Source: an uncultured Candidatus Saccharibacteria bacterium (GTDB lineage Bacteria; Patescibacteriota; Minisyncoccia; JAHISW01; Tagabacteraceae). Taken from it: a DNA stretch of 64,000 nucleotides. Below the pieces are notes generated by a model. It ran no database searches. It was not told the origin of the DNA and saw only the letters and a list, made by a program, of their open reading frames with translations. The position numbers were made by a program, and so were the translations under genes. This document shows, one piece after another, positions 1-8,584 of this stretch. How positions within the stretch are numbered: position 1 is the first letter of the stretch; every line of letters starts with the position of its first letter. Location: assembly GCA_964601305.1 (NCBI GenBank), contig CAZRMW010000003.1, positions 3,116 to 67,115 on the forward strand, written 5' to 3'.

Positions 1-24
1 GTGGAGGGGTAGAATGAGGGGAGT

Positions 25-2805
25 ATGGGTAAAAACGATATAAAACAGAAGATTCAAGAACTTGTTGATAAATACGACGAGGTTGTTAAAACTGGGGAAC
101 TAAAAAAATATACCGAAGAAGAAACAAAGAAAGATTTTATTTTGCCTTTATTCGAGATTTTGGGATGGGATGTTTTTAATAAAAAAGAAGTTTCTGCAGA
201 AGAAGGAATAAAATCAGCCGGTAGGGTTGATTATGGTTTTTATATAGATTCTAAGCCAAAATTTTATCTTGAGTGTAAGGCGCTCAAGGCTGATTTGCAC
301 GATGTAAAATTTGCTAAACAGTCAATTAGTTATTCGTGGAACAAAGGCGTTACCTGGGCGGTGTTAACGGATTTTGAGAGTATAAAAGTCTTTAACACAC
401 AAAATATTTCAGAAACTCTAGCAGGTAAAATGCTTTTTGAAATTCCATATAAGGAATTTGTAGATAGACTTGATCAATTACAACTACTTTCTAAAGATTC
501 TTTTGAAAAAGGACTAATAAATGAATACGCTACGAAGCACGGAAAGATGCTTCAGAAAGTTTCTATTACTTCTGTTTTGTCAAAAGATTTAAATGAATGT
601 AGAGACATTTTAATTGAGGAACTTTCAGCTGCAAACGAAGGATTAGAAATAAGCGATGAGTTATTGGATGAAGGGGTTCAAAAACTTTTAGACAGGTTAA
701 TTTTTATAAGAGTGGCAGAAGACAGAGGAATTATAGACCCACCTGTTTTAAAAGCCATGATTCGACAATGGCAAACCGGGAGAAAGAAAGGGGAAGAACT
801 TTTTGAATCTATGGTTTCTAAATTTAGAGAGCTGGACGACGAATTTAACTCAAATTTATTTACAGAACATCCATTTGAAAAATGGAAAGATTTTGGAGGC
901 GGAGCAACAGAAAAGGTGGTGAAAAAACTATATGGAAAAGAAGGCTATTATGAATATGATTTTAAAGCGGTGCCCGCTGATATTTTGGGAGCTGTTTATG
1001 AAAATTATTTAGGGTATCGTTTGTCTCAAGCTAAAAAGGGAACAAGATTAGGTAAAGATTCAAAAAAGAGAAAGGAACAGGGGATTTATTATACTCCAAC
1101 TTTTATAGTGGACTACATTGTGGAAAATGCCCTAAAACCAGTTTTAGACAAGTGTAAAAGTGTAAATGACTTAAATAAAATAAAAGTTTTAGATCCGGCT
1201 TGTGGTTCGGGGTCCTTTCTCTTGAAAGCGTTAGAAACTATTTATGAAAAACACGTGGAGTTTGGAAATACTGCAGATGAATCTATGGTAAAAGCCACTA
1301 TTTTGACGAGTAACATCTATGGAGTTGATTTAGATGAACAGGCAATAGAAATTGCTAGATTAAATTTACTATTAAGTGCTTTAACAAGCCAAAGAAAACT
1401 TCCTCTTTTGGATAAAAATATTAAAAATGGAAATTCTTTAATTTCTGGTACAGACGAAGAGCTTAAAAAATATTTTGGTGAAAATTATAGAGACAAAAAG
1501 CCATTTAATTGGGAGGAAGAATTTCCAGAAGTTTTTGCACAGGGTGGTTTTGATGTGATTATAGGCAACCCGCCGTATGTTTCCTATTACTCAAAACAAG
1601 CCCAAAAAATTGACAAAGAGGTAGAAAATTTTTTAAGAAATAAATACGAATTTTTGGATGACGGGAAAGGAAAAATGAGAATTAATTCAGTTATGTTTTT
1701 CTTAGAGAGAGCCTGCTTTCTTTTAAAAAAAGAGGGGATATTTTCATATATTATTGATTTAAATATCCACGAAAACCCATTTAAGAGTATTAGGAAATTT
1801 ATTTCTGAAAATATGAGAATTAATGAGGTTGTTAGTGGCATAACTGCCTTTGATGGTATTGGTAGCGGTCAGGTGATATTGAATGCAAGTAAATCTAACA
1901 ACAAAAATTGTGATGTAAAAATTAAGAACAATATAGATGGAAAAGTTAGGACAATAAAATATGAGGATTTGATAAAAGATAAAAATTTTTCGTGGGAAAA
2001 AGAAGAAAACGAAGAGCTTATAAACAAAATAGAAAGAAATACAATTCAATTAGGAGATTTGGTGAAAATAAATACTGGTGTTGCTGTTTATGCTACAAAA
2101 GAAGGAAAAGAAACGTTTATTAGGGATAAAAAATGCGAAAAATGTTATCCTTTTTTGATTGGAGGTAAGTCTATACATTTTTCTTATTGTGTTCCTCTGT
2201 ATAATAAATATTTATTGTATGACAAAAGTTTGGAAAAGGATTTTAATGATAAATTTGATGAAGAATATTTTAAAAAACAGGGCTCCCACCAAAGACCTTT
2301 TAATTTACGAAAAAAGGAAGAATATGATAGACCTAAAATAATTATTAGACAATCTGATGTTAAGCTAACAGCCACTTTCACAAAGGAACTAATGTATGGC
2401 AATTATTCTTTGTTTAATTTATATGACAAAGAGAATAACGCAAAAATCCTAAAGTTTTTACTTGGCTTAATTAATTCAAAGTTATTAACTTACTATGCTA
2501 TAAAAAAGAACATAGTTTTAATTAGTCCTGGCAAAACACCACAAATACGCAGCGGACAGAGAGGGCCGATAGGATTAAAACAATTACCAATTGTTAAAAC
2601 AGATTCAGAGCAACAGAAAACAATAATTAGTTTGGTGGATAAGATGCTCGAACTAAATAAAGAATTACAAAACGAAGTGGAAAATTCTAACAAGTGGGAA
2701 TCAATAAAAAAAGAAATAGAAAGGACGGACAAAAAAATTGACGAGGAGGTTTATAGATTGTGTGGATTAACAGAGGAAGAGATTAAGATTGTGGAAAATG
2801 AGTAA
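25..2805 (+). CDS. Type IIG restriction-modification enzyme (fused N-terminal PD-(D/E)xK endonuclease, gamma-class N6-adenine DNA methyltransferase and C-terminal target-recognition domain; Eco57I/MmeI-like)
   Basis: The N-terminus (EETKKDFILPLFEILGWDV ... YIDS ... ECK) matches the HsdR-N/type IIG PD-(D/E)xK nuclease domain. MTase motif I is DPACGSGSFLL and motif IV is IIGNPPYV. A long C-terminal region is consistent with a TRD. The 926-aa length is typical of MmeI-family enzymes. Confidence 0.8.
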   Translation: MGKNDIKQKIQELVDKYDEVVKTGELKKYTEEETKKDFILPLFEILGWDVFNKKEVSAEEGIKSAGRVDYGFYIDSKPKFYLECKALKADLHDVKFAKQSISYSWNKGVTWAVLTDFESIKVFNTQNISETLAGKMLFEIPYKEFVDRLDQLQLLSKDSFEKGLINEYATKHGKMLQKVSITSVLSKDLNECRDILIEELSAANEGLEISDELLDEGVQKLLDRLIFIRVAEDRGIIDPPVLKAMIRQWQTGRKKGEELFESMVSKFRELDDEFNSNLFTEHPFEKWKDFGGGATEKVVKKLYGKEGYYEYDFKAVPADILGAVYENYLGYRLSQAKKGTRLGKDSKKRKEQGIYYTPTFIVDYIVENALKPVLDKCKSVNDLNKIKVLDPACGSGSFLLKALETIYEKHVEFGNTADESMVKATILTSNIYGVDLDEQAIEIARLNLLLSALTSQRKLPLLDKNIKNGNSLISGTDEELKKYFGENYRDKKPFNWEEEFPEVFAQGGFDVIIGNPPYVSYYSKQAQKIDKEVENFLRNKYEFLDDGKGKMRINSVMFFLERACFLLKKEGIFSYIIDLNIHENPFKSIRKFISENMRINEVVSGITAFDGIGSGQVILNASKSNNKNCDVKIKNNIDGKVRTIKYEDLIKDKNFSWEKEENEELINKIERNTIQLGDLVKINTGVAVYATKEGKETFIRDKKCEKCYPFLIGGKSIHFSYCVPLYNKYLLYDKSLEKDFNDKFDEEYFKKQGSHQRPFNLRKKEEYDRPKIIIRQSDVKLTATFTKELMYGNYSLFNLYDKENNAKILKFLLGLINSKLLTYYAIKKNIVLISPGKTPQIRSGQRGPIGLKQLPIVKTDSEQQKTIISLVDKMLELNKELQNEVENSNKWESIKKEIERTDKKIDEEVYRLCGLTEEEIKIVENE

Positions 2806-2867
2806 GTTAAAAACAGAAGTATTTTAATAGTTGTTTTTTTAATCCAAAGATAACCTTAAATTAGTCC

Positions 2868-2895
2868 TTGACAGCTTTGTTTATAAGCCTATAAT
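2868..2895 (+). promoter_or_regulatory. sigma70-like promoter (TTGACA-N16-TATAAT) upstream of the small-gene trio
   Basis: TTGACA at 2868-2873 and TATAAT at 2890-2895 match the consensus, with a 16-nt spacer. No SD precedes the ATG at 2941. Confidence 0.5.
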
Positions 2896-2940
2896 TAAAT
2901 TAGGTTTTTTTATTTTTTTATCATAACTCATAATAATTAC

Positions 2941-3339
2941 ATGAAAAACAAAGATCCGTTAAAAGTATTGTTGGTAGATGAAAAACAAGGTGTTGATTTT
3001 TCTTTACTTGCAAATTTGTTAAAACACTTTGTAATAATAAGCAAAGAAAGTAAAGAAATAGAATTTTTAGCACCCTTTTATGGTTTGAAGAACAAAGATC
3101 GAATTTTAATTGTATTGTTTGCTACCAAAGCAAGAGCTGAATTATTTAACAAGGATGAAAAATTGTCTCAAAAAGAGATAATAAATTTAGGAGTGATGCC
3201 AGAAGGAAGTGTAAAAGCTGATTTGAAAGGTCTTTTTGACAAAAAAAAGATAAAAAAAGATGGTGTGAAATATTATATTCCCGTATATCTTTTGAATAAA
3301 TTACTGGGAGAAATAAAAACACCTAAAGATGACAAATAA
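2941..3339 (+). CDS. hypothetical protein (first of three consecutive genes sharing a paralogous ~70-aa domain)
   Basis: ORF of 132 aa. The segment RILIVLFATKARAELF ... GVKYYIPVYLL resembles NFTLIVAFLCEGQVGK in the 3375 ORF and VFVAIVFFLANGKK in the 3786 ORF. Confidence 0.45.
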   Translation: MKNKDPLKVLLVDEKQGVDFSLLANLLKHFVIISKESKEIEFLAPFYGLKNKDRILIVLFATKARAELFNKDEKLSQKEIINLGVMPEGSVKADLKGLFDKKKIKKDGVKYYIPVYLLNKLLGEIKTPKDDK

Positions 3340-3374
3340 AGAGAAATTGATAATTTTAAAATAAAAATAATATT

Positions 3375-3782
3375 ATGAACCAACAAAAAATCAACAAACA
3401 AATTCTGGAGCGACTTGAAAAAATTGAATTACTTATTTTTAAATCGAAGAAAAAAAATAATACAAAACACAAAGATTTTACTGACCTAACAAAGATTAAT
3501 TTTGATTTAAATACTAGAGCCTTTTTTAAAAGATATGGTAAAAATTTAACTGGTCCCAAAAATTTTACTTTAATTGTGGCTTTTTTATGCGAAGGACAAG
3601 TTGGGAAAAGTATCTTGGCAGAAGATATTATAAATTGTTGGAATAAGAACTTTGTTTTTTTGGGAGGTAAAAAACTTACCTCAGGAACTTTTGGGACACG
3701 TGCAAAAGAAAAAGAGTGGATAGATTCTAAGAAATACAGATTTTACGAACTTACATCAAAATGGCAAGAAATATTTAGTTAA
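3375..3782 (+). CDS. hypothetical protein (paralogous domain family, second member)
   Basis: ORF of 135 aa. It carries the shared hydrophobic IV.FL..G ... GKK ... G ... Y pattern seen in its neighbours. Confidence 0.45.
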   Translation: MNQQKINKQILERLEKIELLIFKSKKKNNTKHKDFTDLTKINFDLNTRAFFKRYGKNLTGPKNFTLIVAFLCEGQVGKSILAEDIINCWNKNFVFLGGKKLTSGTFGTRAKEKEWIDSKKYRFYELTSKWQEIFS

Positions 3783-3785
3783 AAA

Positions 3786-4499
3786 ATGAAGTTGCCTCAA
3801 AATATAACAGGCTTTCTTAAACAGCTTCCCCTTAAGAAAATGAAAGGGGAAGAAGTTTTTGTTGCAATAGTTTTTTTCTTAGCAAATGGTAAAAAAAATA
3901 AAGAAATTGAAACTAAAAATGTAAAATCTAAGTGGAGTAAAACACTAATAGGGAAGAAATATAATCCTGCGTTTTCAAATCGTGCCCAAGGGAATTTAAA
4001 CCCTTGTAGTAAAGGTCAAATGTGCTTAACCAGTGAAGGTTTTGATTATATCGAATCTTTGTTTCAATCCGTGTCGTTGTTTAGCACAGGGCTTAAGGTT
4101 TTCACAAAAGGTAGTTCGCATTCGTTTGACAAATTTATTCGTAGTGTTTTTAAAAAAGCAACAAAAAATATTGATGTAGCAGATACATACGTGTCTGGGG
4201 CTATTTTTGATAACCTCTTAGACGAGGCGTCAAAAGATGTACCTATTCGGTTTCTTTACGGTAATGATGTAGGTGGATTTATTTCGAAGTCTAAGCGATT
4301 TGCTAGAGAATATAGTTTTAACGCAAAGCAAAGTAGTATATTTCACGATCGTTTTATTGTAGTTGATGACAAAGGGTACATTATGGGTCCATCACTCAAA
4401 GATGCAGCAGATAAAAAACCGGCTACGCTAGTTGTCTTAGGTAGTGTTGACTCTAAGAAATTAATCAATCTCTTTTTGGGATTATGGGGTAGTAAATAA
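3786..4499 (+). CDS. hypothetical protein with N-terminal paralogous domain and C-terminal degenerate PLD-like (HxK-type) motif
   Basis: ORF of 237 aa. The C-terminal FHDRFIVVDDKGYIMGPS matches the phospholipase-D/nuclease HxK(x)4D(x)6G-S spacing, with R in place of K and the S shifted by one. Confidence 0.45.
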   Translation: MKLPQNITGFLKQLPLKKMKGEEVFVAIVFFLANGKKNKEIETKNVKSKWSKTLIGKKYNPAFSNRAQGNLNPCSKGQMCLTSEGFDYIESLFQSVSLFSTGLKVFTKGSSHSFDKFIRSVFKKATKNIDVADTYVSGAIFDNLLDEASKDVPIRFLYGNDVGGFISKSKRFAREYSFNAKQSSIFHDRFIVVDDKGYIMGPSLKDAADKKPATLVVLGSVDSKKLINLFLGLWGSK

Positions 4500-4542
4500 A
4501 AAAATAGCTGGAGATTTAATAGAAAAATAAAAAAATAAATTT

Positions 4543-5079
4543 ATGAAAAAGGTTTTTTTAATTATATTTATAGCTTTTGTTGTTTGGGTTGTTTTAGGTT
4601 TTGTTGTGAGCAAAAAGGAAAATATGGAAATTACAAATTTTGATGATTGTGTATCTGCTGGTAATCCAATAATGGAAAGTTATCCCCAGCAGTGCCGAGC
4701 TGATGGAAAATTATTTGTTCAAAACATTGGCAATGAGCTGGAAAAAACTAACATCATTAGGTTAGATTCTCCTCGCCCGAATCAAATTATAAAAAGTCCG
4801 CTTGCTATAGAGGGCCAAGCTAGGGGAACTTGGTTTTTTGAAGGAGATTTTCCTGTAATCCTTACAGATTGGGACGGTAGAATTATTGCCGAAGGCTATG
4901 CTACGGCGCAAAGCGAATGGATGACAGAAGATTTTGTAGAATTTAAGGGGATCTTAGAATTTGAAAAACCAAACTATGGTGAAAGTGGGGTATTGATTTT
5001 GAGAAAAGATAATCCTTCTGAACTACCTGAGCATGACGATGCACTAGAAATTCCAATTTTGTTTTCTGTGTTAAAATAA
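4543..5079 (+). CDS. secreted or membrane-anchored protein with a Gmad2-like immunoglobulin-like domain
   Basis: An N-terminal hydrophobic helix is present. The segment GTWFFEGDFPVILTDWDGRIIAEGYATAQSEWMTEDFVEFKG resembles the Gmad2 (GerMN-associated) Ig-like domain. Confidence 0.5.
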   Translation: MKKVFLIIFIAFVVWVVLGFVVSKKENMEITNFDDCVSAGNPIMESYPQQCRADGKLFVQNIGNELEKTNIIRLDSPRPNQIIKSPLAIEGQARGTWFFEGDFPVILTDWDGRIIAEGYATAQSEWMTEDFVEFKGILEFEKPNYGESGVLILRKDNPSELPEHDDALEIPILFSVLK

Positions 5080-5080
5080 T

Positions 5081-5110
5081 ATTCTTATATTCTCAAGAAT
5101 ATGAGAATAT
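5081..5110. repeat. palindromic site ATATTCTCAAGAATAT (copy 1 of the ATATTCTnAAGAATAT palindrome flanking the tspO locus)
   Basis: The 16-bp palindrome core sits at about 5087-5102 with extended partial symmetry. A second copy at 5929-5962 has one central difference. Confidence 0.5.
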
Positions 5111-5136
5111 ACTAAAATAAATTCACAAGAAAAGTT

Positions 5137-5577
5137 TTAATTTAATATCCAAAGAAAATAATTTAGGACTCCGGCGAAGGTTACCCAGGCGAGGTAGGGA
5201 ACTAAGAGAAGGCCGGCTAGTTTACGCGCTTTATAGAATTTGAATATTAAAACTAAGATTAAAATCCAGAGAACTATAAGATCTAAAAAAGCATAAAAAG
5301 GGCTTTTTAATCCAAAAAATAAAACAGACCACAACCCGTTGAAAAACAGATGTACAAAGAAAAGTACTTTGTGTTTCCAGACTAGGTACAAAGCAATTCC
5401 CATCAAAGCGTAGAGTGTAATCCAAACCGGAGAGAATATCCAGCTTGGCGGATTGAAAAAGGGTTTCTCTAGGTTTTGGTACCAGGTAGATGATACTACT
5501 GGGCTGGTAAAAAAAGCTCCCCCTATCCCAACAAGCTGGCAAATCAAGATTGAAAAAATAAGTTTGGTAATTTTCAT
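5137..5577 (-). CDS. tspO: TspO/MBR family tryptophan-rich sensory protein
   Basis: The protein is 146 aa, multi-TM and Trp-rich. The signature WYQNLEKPFFNPPSWIFSPVWITLYALMGIALYLVW is present. Confidence 0.75.
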   Translation of the reverse strand: MKITKLIFSILICQLVGIGGAFFTSPVVSSTWYQNLEKPFFNPPSWIFSPVWITLYALMGIALYLVWKHKVLFFVHLFFNGLWSVLFFGLKSPFYAFLDLIVLWILILVLIFKFYKARKLAGLLLVPYLAWVTFAGVLNYFLWILN

Positions 5578-5640
5578 ATACTATAATTTTAACAAAAAAT
5601 TGTGTTAAAATAAATTTATAAAATTAAATTAAAAAATTTA

Positions 5641-5816
5641 TGGAGTTGAAAAAAAGTTTAACGACAAAAGAGAAGATTAGGAGGAATTTTATTTTTGCAG
5701 CGTTAGCTGCCATAGTGGCGGTTTTTCTGGCAAAAAACGATTTTGCTGCCATTCTTCTTTTAGCAATTGGTATTGTATATGGAGTAATCGTTGCCCAAAA
5801 TTATCTAAAAAAATAA
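5641..5816 (+). CDS. small hydrophobic protein (58 aa)
   Basis: This ORF (MELKKSLTTKEKIRRNFIFAALAAIVAVF...) is not in the ORF track because it is shorter than 60 aa. A hairpin plus T-run terminator follows it at about 5851-5902. Confidence 0.35.
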
Positions 5817-5850
5817 ACACATATTGATTATATCTTGGCCAAATAATTGC

Positions 5851-5902
5851 TCTATTGTAGTCATTTCAGCCCTGATTTGACTACAATAGGGTGTTTTTTG
5901 CT
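5851..5902 (+). terminator. intrinsic terminator (CTCTATTGTAGTCA...TGACTACAATAGG followed by a T-run)
   Basis: A 13-bp stem is followed by GTGTTTTTTGCTGTTTTG. Confidence 0.5.
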
Positions 5903-5928
5903 GTTTTGTGCGGGAAATAACATTCTAA

Positions 5929-5962
5929 TATTCTTAAGAATATTAGAATGTTATTATAAGGT
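5929..5962. repeat. perfect 34-bp palindrome AACATTCTAATATTCTTAAGAATATTAGAATGTT (copy 2, same core ATATTCTTAAGAATAT)
   Basis: It was read directly from the sequence. It lies 840 bp from copy 1, and the two bracket tspO plus the small ORF. Confidence 0.5.
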
Positions 5963-6091
5963 AAAAAGCTGTTGATTTAGCAATTGCGGGTAGGTAAAAT
6001 AAATTTATGTCCGAAAAGAAGATAGAAAAAAATATGAAACCGACTGTTTTTGAGAAAATATTAGAGTTTGCATGAAAACTAAAAAACAAAA

Positions 6092-6481
6092 ATGACATCG
6101 GATTTTATTAAAAAACAGATAAGGTTATACAAAACATTTGATAGTTGTTTTTGTTTTGCTTTACAAGAGAATGTTTATTTTAATGCCGATGGCTTAAACC
6201 ACATCCTGTATTATAGAAGAAGGCCACGAAAACATTCGGAAAAACATTATAGAGCGAGTTTAATAAAACACATAAAAGAAGTTATTGAAAATTCAAAAAC
6301 AGCGGTTAAAGAAATAAAATCTGATAATCCTCTTGTTGTAACTTGGAGCTTAGAGTATAAAATAGTAGATAAGAAGGACAATTTTAAATGTATTGTAAAA
6401 GTTGTTTTAAAAAAGAAAGGAGATGGCAAAATTTATTTTTTGAGTGTAATGAGCAACAAAACAAAAAAACCCAAAACCTAG
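6092..6481 (+). CDS. hypothetical protein
   Basis: ORF of 129 aa that is basic at the C-terminus. I recognise no family. Confidence 0.4.
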   Translation: MTSDFIKKQIRLYKTFDSCFCFALQENVYFNADGLNHILYYRRRPRKHSEKHYRASLIKHIKEVIENSKTAVKEIKSDNPLVVTWSLEYKIVDKKDNFKCIVKVVLKKKGDGKIYFLSVMSNKTKKPKT

Positions 6482-6495
6482 GTTTGGATTGTTTT

Positions 6496-6557
6496 GTGTG
6501 TTCATTGCTAGCTTAAGAATTCTTTAGCTAGGGAGGGGCTTTCGCCCATGAACACAC
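6496..6557. repeat. nested inverted-repeat structure (outer GTGTGTTCAT/ATGAACACAC; inner CTAGCTTAAGAATTCTTTAGCTAG; GGGGCTTTCGCCC)
   Basis: It was read directly from the sequence. It lies between the 6092 ORF and the DUF2779 gene, and no T-run follows it. Confidence 0.4.
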
Positions 6558-6651
6558 CTACATATTAACTATTAAAGAACAAAAAGTCAAGAGTTATCCA
6601 CATAAAATTAAAATAATAAAAAACTAAGGGGCTATAAATAAAAACTGATCC

Positions 6652-8145
6652 ATGCAAATAACCAAGACTGATTATTTGGAATATACTTACTGTAGGAAAA
6701 ATCTTTGGCTTAAGAAACACAAGTCGGAGCTTTTTGAGGGTGTGGAGCTTTCTGATTTTGAAAAGAAAATTATTGAAGAGGGGAACATTGCCGACGAGGA
6801 AGCGAGGAATTTGTTTGCGGGCGGGGTTTTGGTTGAGTCTGTTGGGCAAAAAGCTGTTAGCGATACAAAAAAAATATTGGAGGAACAGGGGAAAACTGAA
6901 ACGATTTTTCAAGCTACTTTTAGCGAAAACGTTTTTTATATCAGAGCGGATGTTCTTAAATACAATAATGTGTTGGGAGGCTGGGAGTTGTACGAGGTTA
7001 AAGCTTCTAACGATGTTAAGTTAAAAGTACCTCATCATTATGTAAACGATTTGGCTTTTCAGAAATTGGTAATAGAAAAAACTGGGATTAAAATTGTTAA
7101 ATCAAGCGTTATTCATTTAAACAAGAGGTATCGCAAGATGGGCGAGATTAATCACCAAGAGCTTTTTGTGTTTGCTGATCTTACAAACGAAGTGAATGAA
7201 GCGCAGGAAAAAGTTCAGCAGCAAATGCTAGATATTAAACAATACTTAAGTATGGATGAAGAAAAAGGTTGTGAGTGTTTGTCTCGTGGAACTAATAGCC
7301 AATGCACAACTTTTAAATATTCAAACCCTAAGGTTCCCGAATATTCGGTGCATGATATTTGTCGAATTGGGGCAAGTAAAAAGATTTTTTATGACTGGAT
7401 TGATAGAGGCATTTATTCGCTTGATGATATTGATAATCCAGAGGTGCTTACTGGAGCTAAACTAGCTCAATACAATGCTTGTATGAAGGGCAAAGCTCTT
7501 ATTGATAAGGAAAATATTAAAAAAGAGCTGGAAAAATTGGTTTTCCCATTGCAGTTTTTTGATTATGAGGGATTTGTTAGTGCTATCCCTGCGTTTGATA
7601 ATTTTGGTCCATATGAGCAAATTCCGTTTCAATATTCACTTCATGTGATGAAAGAAGATGGAAGTATAACTCATAAGGAGTTTTTGATAACTGAACCATC
7701 TGGAGACTTGACGCTTCCGCTTGTTCTGCAAATGAAAAAAGATATCGACCCTAAGGGGACCGTTGTTTCTTGGTATAAAACCTATGAAAAACAAAGAAAT
7801 GAAAAGCTTGCCAAATTGCATCCCGAGCATGCTGATTTCTTAAACGAGATAAATGAAGGAATGTACGATCTTATGCATATTTTCTCAAAGAATTATTATG
7901 TCGATCCTGCTTTTAAAGGTAGTGCAAGCATAAAGAAAGTTTTGCCTGTTCTTGTACCAGAACTGTCTTACGCTAATATGAATATCTCAAAAGGAGATCA
8001 AGCAAGCGAAAGATGGGAAAAAATGATTTCAGATAATAGTTCTAAGGATGAAAAAGAAAAGATTGCTAAGGATTTGCTTGAATATTGTAAACTCGATACT
8101 TTGGCGATGGTTAAAATTTATGAAAAACTGAAAGATTTGAGCTAG
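6652..8145 (+). CDS. DUF2779-family protein: Cas4-like PD-(D/E)xK nuclease with Fe-S cysteines and a C-terminal RNase-H-like domain
   Basis: The N-terminus MQITKTDYLEYTYCRKNLWLKKHK is typical of DUF2779. An ELYEVK (ExK) motif is present. Cys arrangement is one N-terminal Cys plus CECLSRGTNSQC, as in Cas4-like 4Fe-4S nucleases. The C-terminal half carries FDYEGF. Confidence 0.7.
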   Translation: MQITKTDYLEYTYCRKNLWLKKHKSELFEGVELSDFEKKIIEEGNIADEEARNLFAGGVLVESVGQKAVSDTKKILEEQGKTETIFQATFSENVFYIRADVLKYNNVLGGWELYEVKASNDVKLKVPHHYVNDLAFQKLVIEKTGIKIVKSSVIHLNKRYRKMGEINHQELFVFADLTNEVNEAQEKVQQQMLDIKQYLSMDEEKGCECLSRGTNSQCTTFKYSNPKVPEYSVHDICRIGASKKIFYDWIDRGIYSLDDIDNPEVLTGAKLAQYNACMKGKALIDKENIKKELEKLVFPLQFFDYEGFVSAIPAFDNFGPYEQIPFQYSLHVMKEDGSITHKEFLITEPSGDLTLPLVLQMKKDIDPKGTVVSWYKTYEKQRNEKLAKLHPEHADFLNEINEGMYDLMHIFSKNYYVDPAFKGSASIKKVLPVLVPELSYANMNISKGDQASERWEKMISDNSSKDEKEKIAKDLLEYCKLDTLAMVKIYEKLKDLS

Positions 8146-8148
8146 GTC

Positions 8149-8176
8149 TTGACAAACTTGCTTTTGGGAGTATAAT
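8149..8176 (+). promoter_or_regulatory. consensus sigma70-like promoter (TTGACA-N16-TATAAT)
   Basis: TTGACA is at 8149-8154 and TATAAT at 8171-8176. It drives the structured RNA listed next. Confidence 0.55.
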
Positions 8177-8182
8177 GGAAAA

Positions 8183-8494
8183 CAGGAAGATTGAAAAAGA
8201 AATTTTTTGTTGGTAATACTTTCAAAAGACCCCCGGAAAGGTTTTCTTTTGTGGTATTACTGAGACAAAGACAAATTTTAAGTTTGTTAAGTGATATCTG
8301 GTACCATCCCCGGAAAGGAAAAACCAGAGTTTTATAAAGACCCCCGGAAAGGTAAACCTTTGTAAAGTCATTAGTAGATATGCAATGTGAGAGATTGTAT
8401 ACTAACAAGCAAAAAATTTAGTCTAAAAATCTTCTTTTTCTAGTGGAAAAGGGCAGGTGTCTAATCACAGACTACCTGCCCTGTTTGTTTTTTG
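8183..8494 (+). ncRNA. candidate structured RNA or cis-regulatory leader (~310 nt) ending in an intrinsic terminator, upstream of dut
   Basis: A consensus promoter sits upstream. Three CCCCGGAAAGG-containing hairpins occur at about 8229, 8309 and 8341, each flanked by complementary arms (GGTAATAC/GTATTAC, CAAAAGA/TCTTTTG, CTGGT/ACCAG, AAAGG/CCTTT). The 5-prime and 3-prime ends are complementary (AAATTTTTTG/CAAAAAATTT). The terminator GGGCAGGT...ACCTGCCC plus a T-run is at 8451-8494. No ORF explains the region. Confidence 0.4.
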
Positions 8495-8584
8495 TAAGCA
8501 AGTATGTTATAAATATCTTGGATTTGTTTAGTGTAGATGAAGTTTGAAAATTTAATTTAATCAAACAGATAAGAGGAGGTATTT

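Noticed and set aside
1587-2732. Multiple antisense or alternate-frame ORFs inside the R-M gene (1587-1841, 1759-2049, 2184-2402, 2493-2732, 2159-2341).
   Set aside because: They lie within a well-supported long CDS and are AT-rich low-complexity translations, typical of spurious ORFs in AT-rich DNA. The same reasoning applies to the many other embedded ORFs in the track (for example 5231-5542, 6734-7024, 12611-13361, 31066-31567, 35669-36535).
25-2805. Assigning the MTase to BREX (PglX) or DISARM (DrmMI).
   Set aside because: No brxA/B/C, pglZ, brxL or drmA/B/D homologues are adjacent. The fused PD-(D/E)xK-MTase-TRD architecture and the 926-aa size fit a standalone type IIG enzyme.
8227-8351. 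A CRISPR array suggested by the repeated CCCCGGAAAGG motif.
   Set aside because: There are only three irregularly spaced short motifs, with no regular repeat-spacer periodicity and no cas1/cas2 nearby.
8142-8408. The 88-aa minus-strand ORF across the structured region.
   Set aside because: It is low-complexity, lies antisense to a promoter/terminator-delimited RNA, and has no RBS.
8183-8494. A TPP riboswitch call based on CUGAGA and UGAUAUCUGG...CCAG-like segments.
   Set aside because: The resemblance is partial, the downstream gene is dut rather than a thiamine gene, and the repeated hairpin motif is not part of the TPP consensus.
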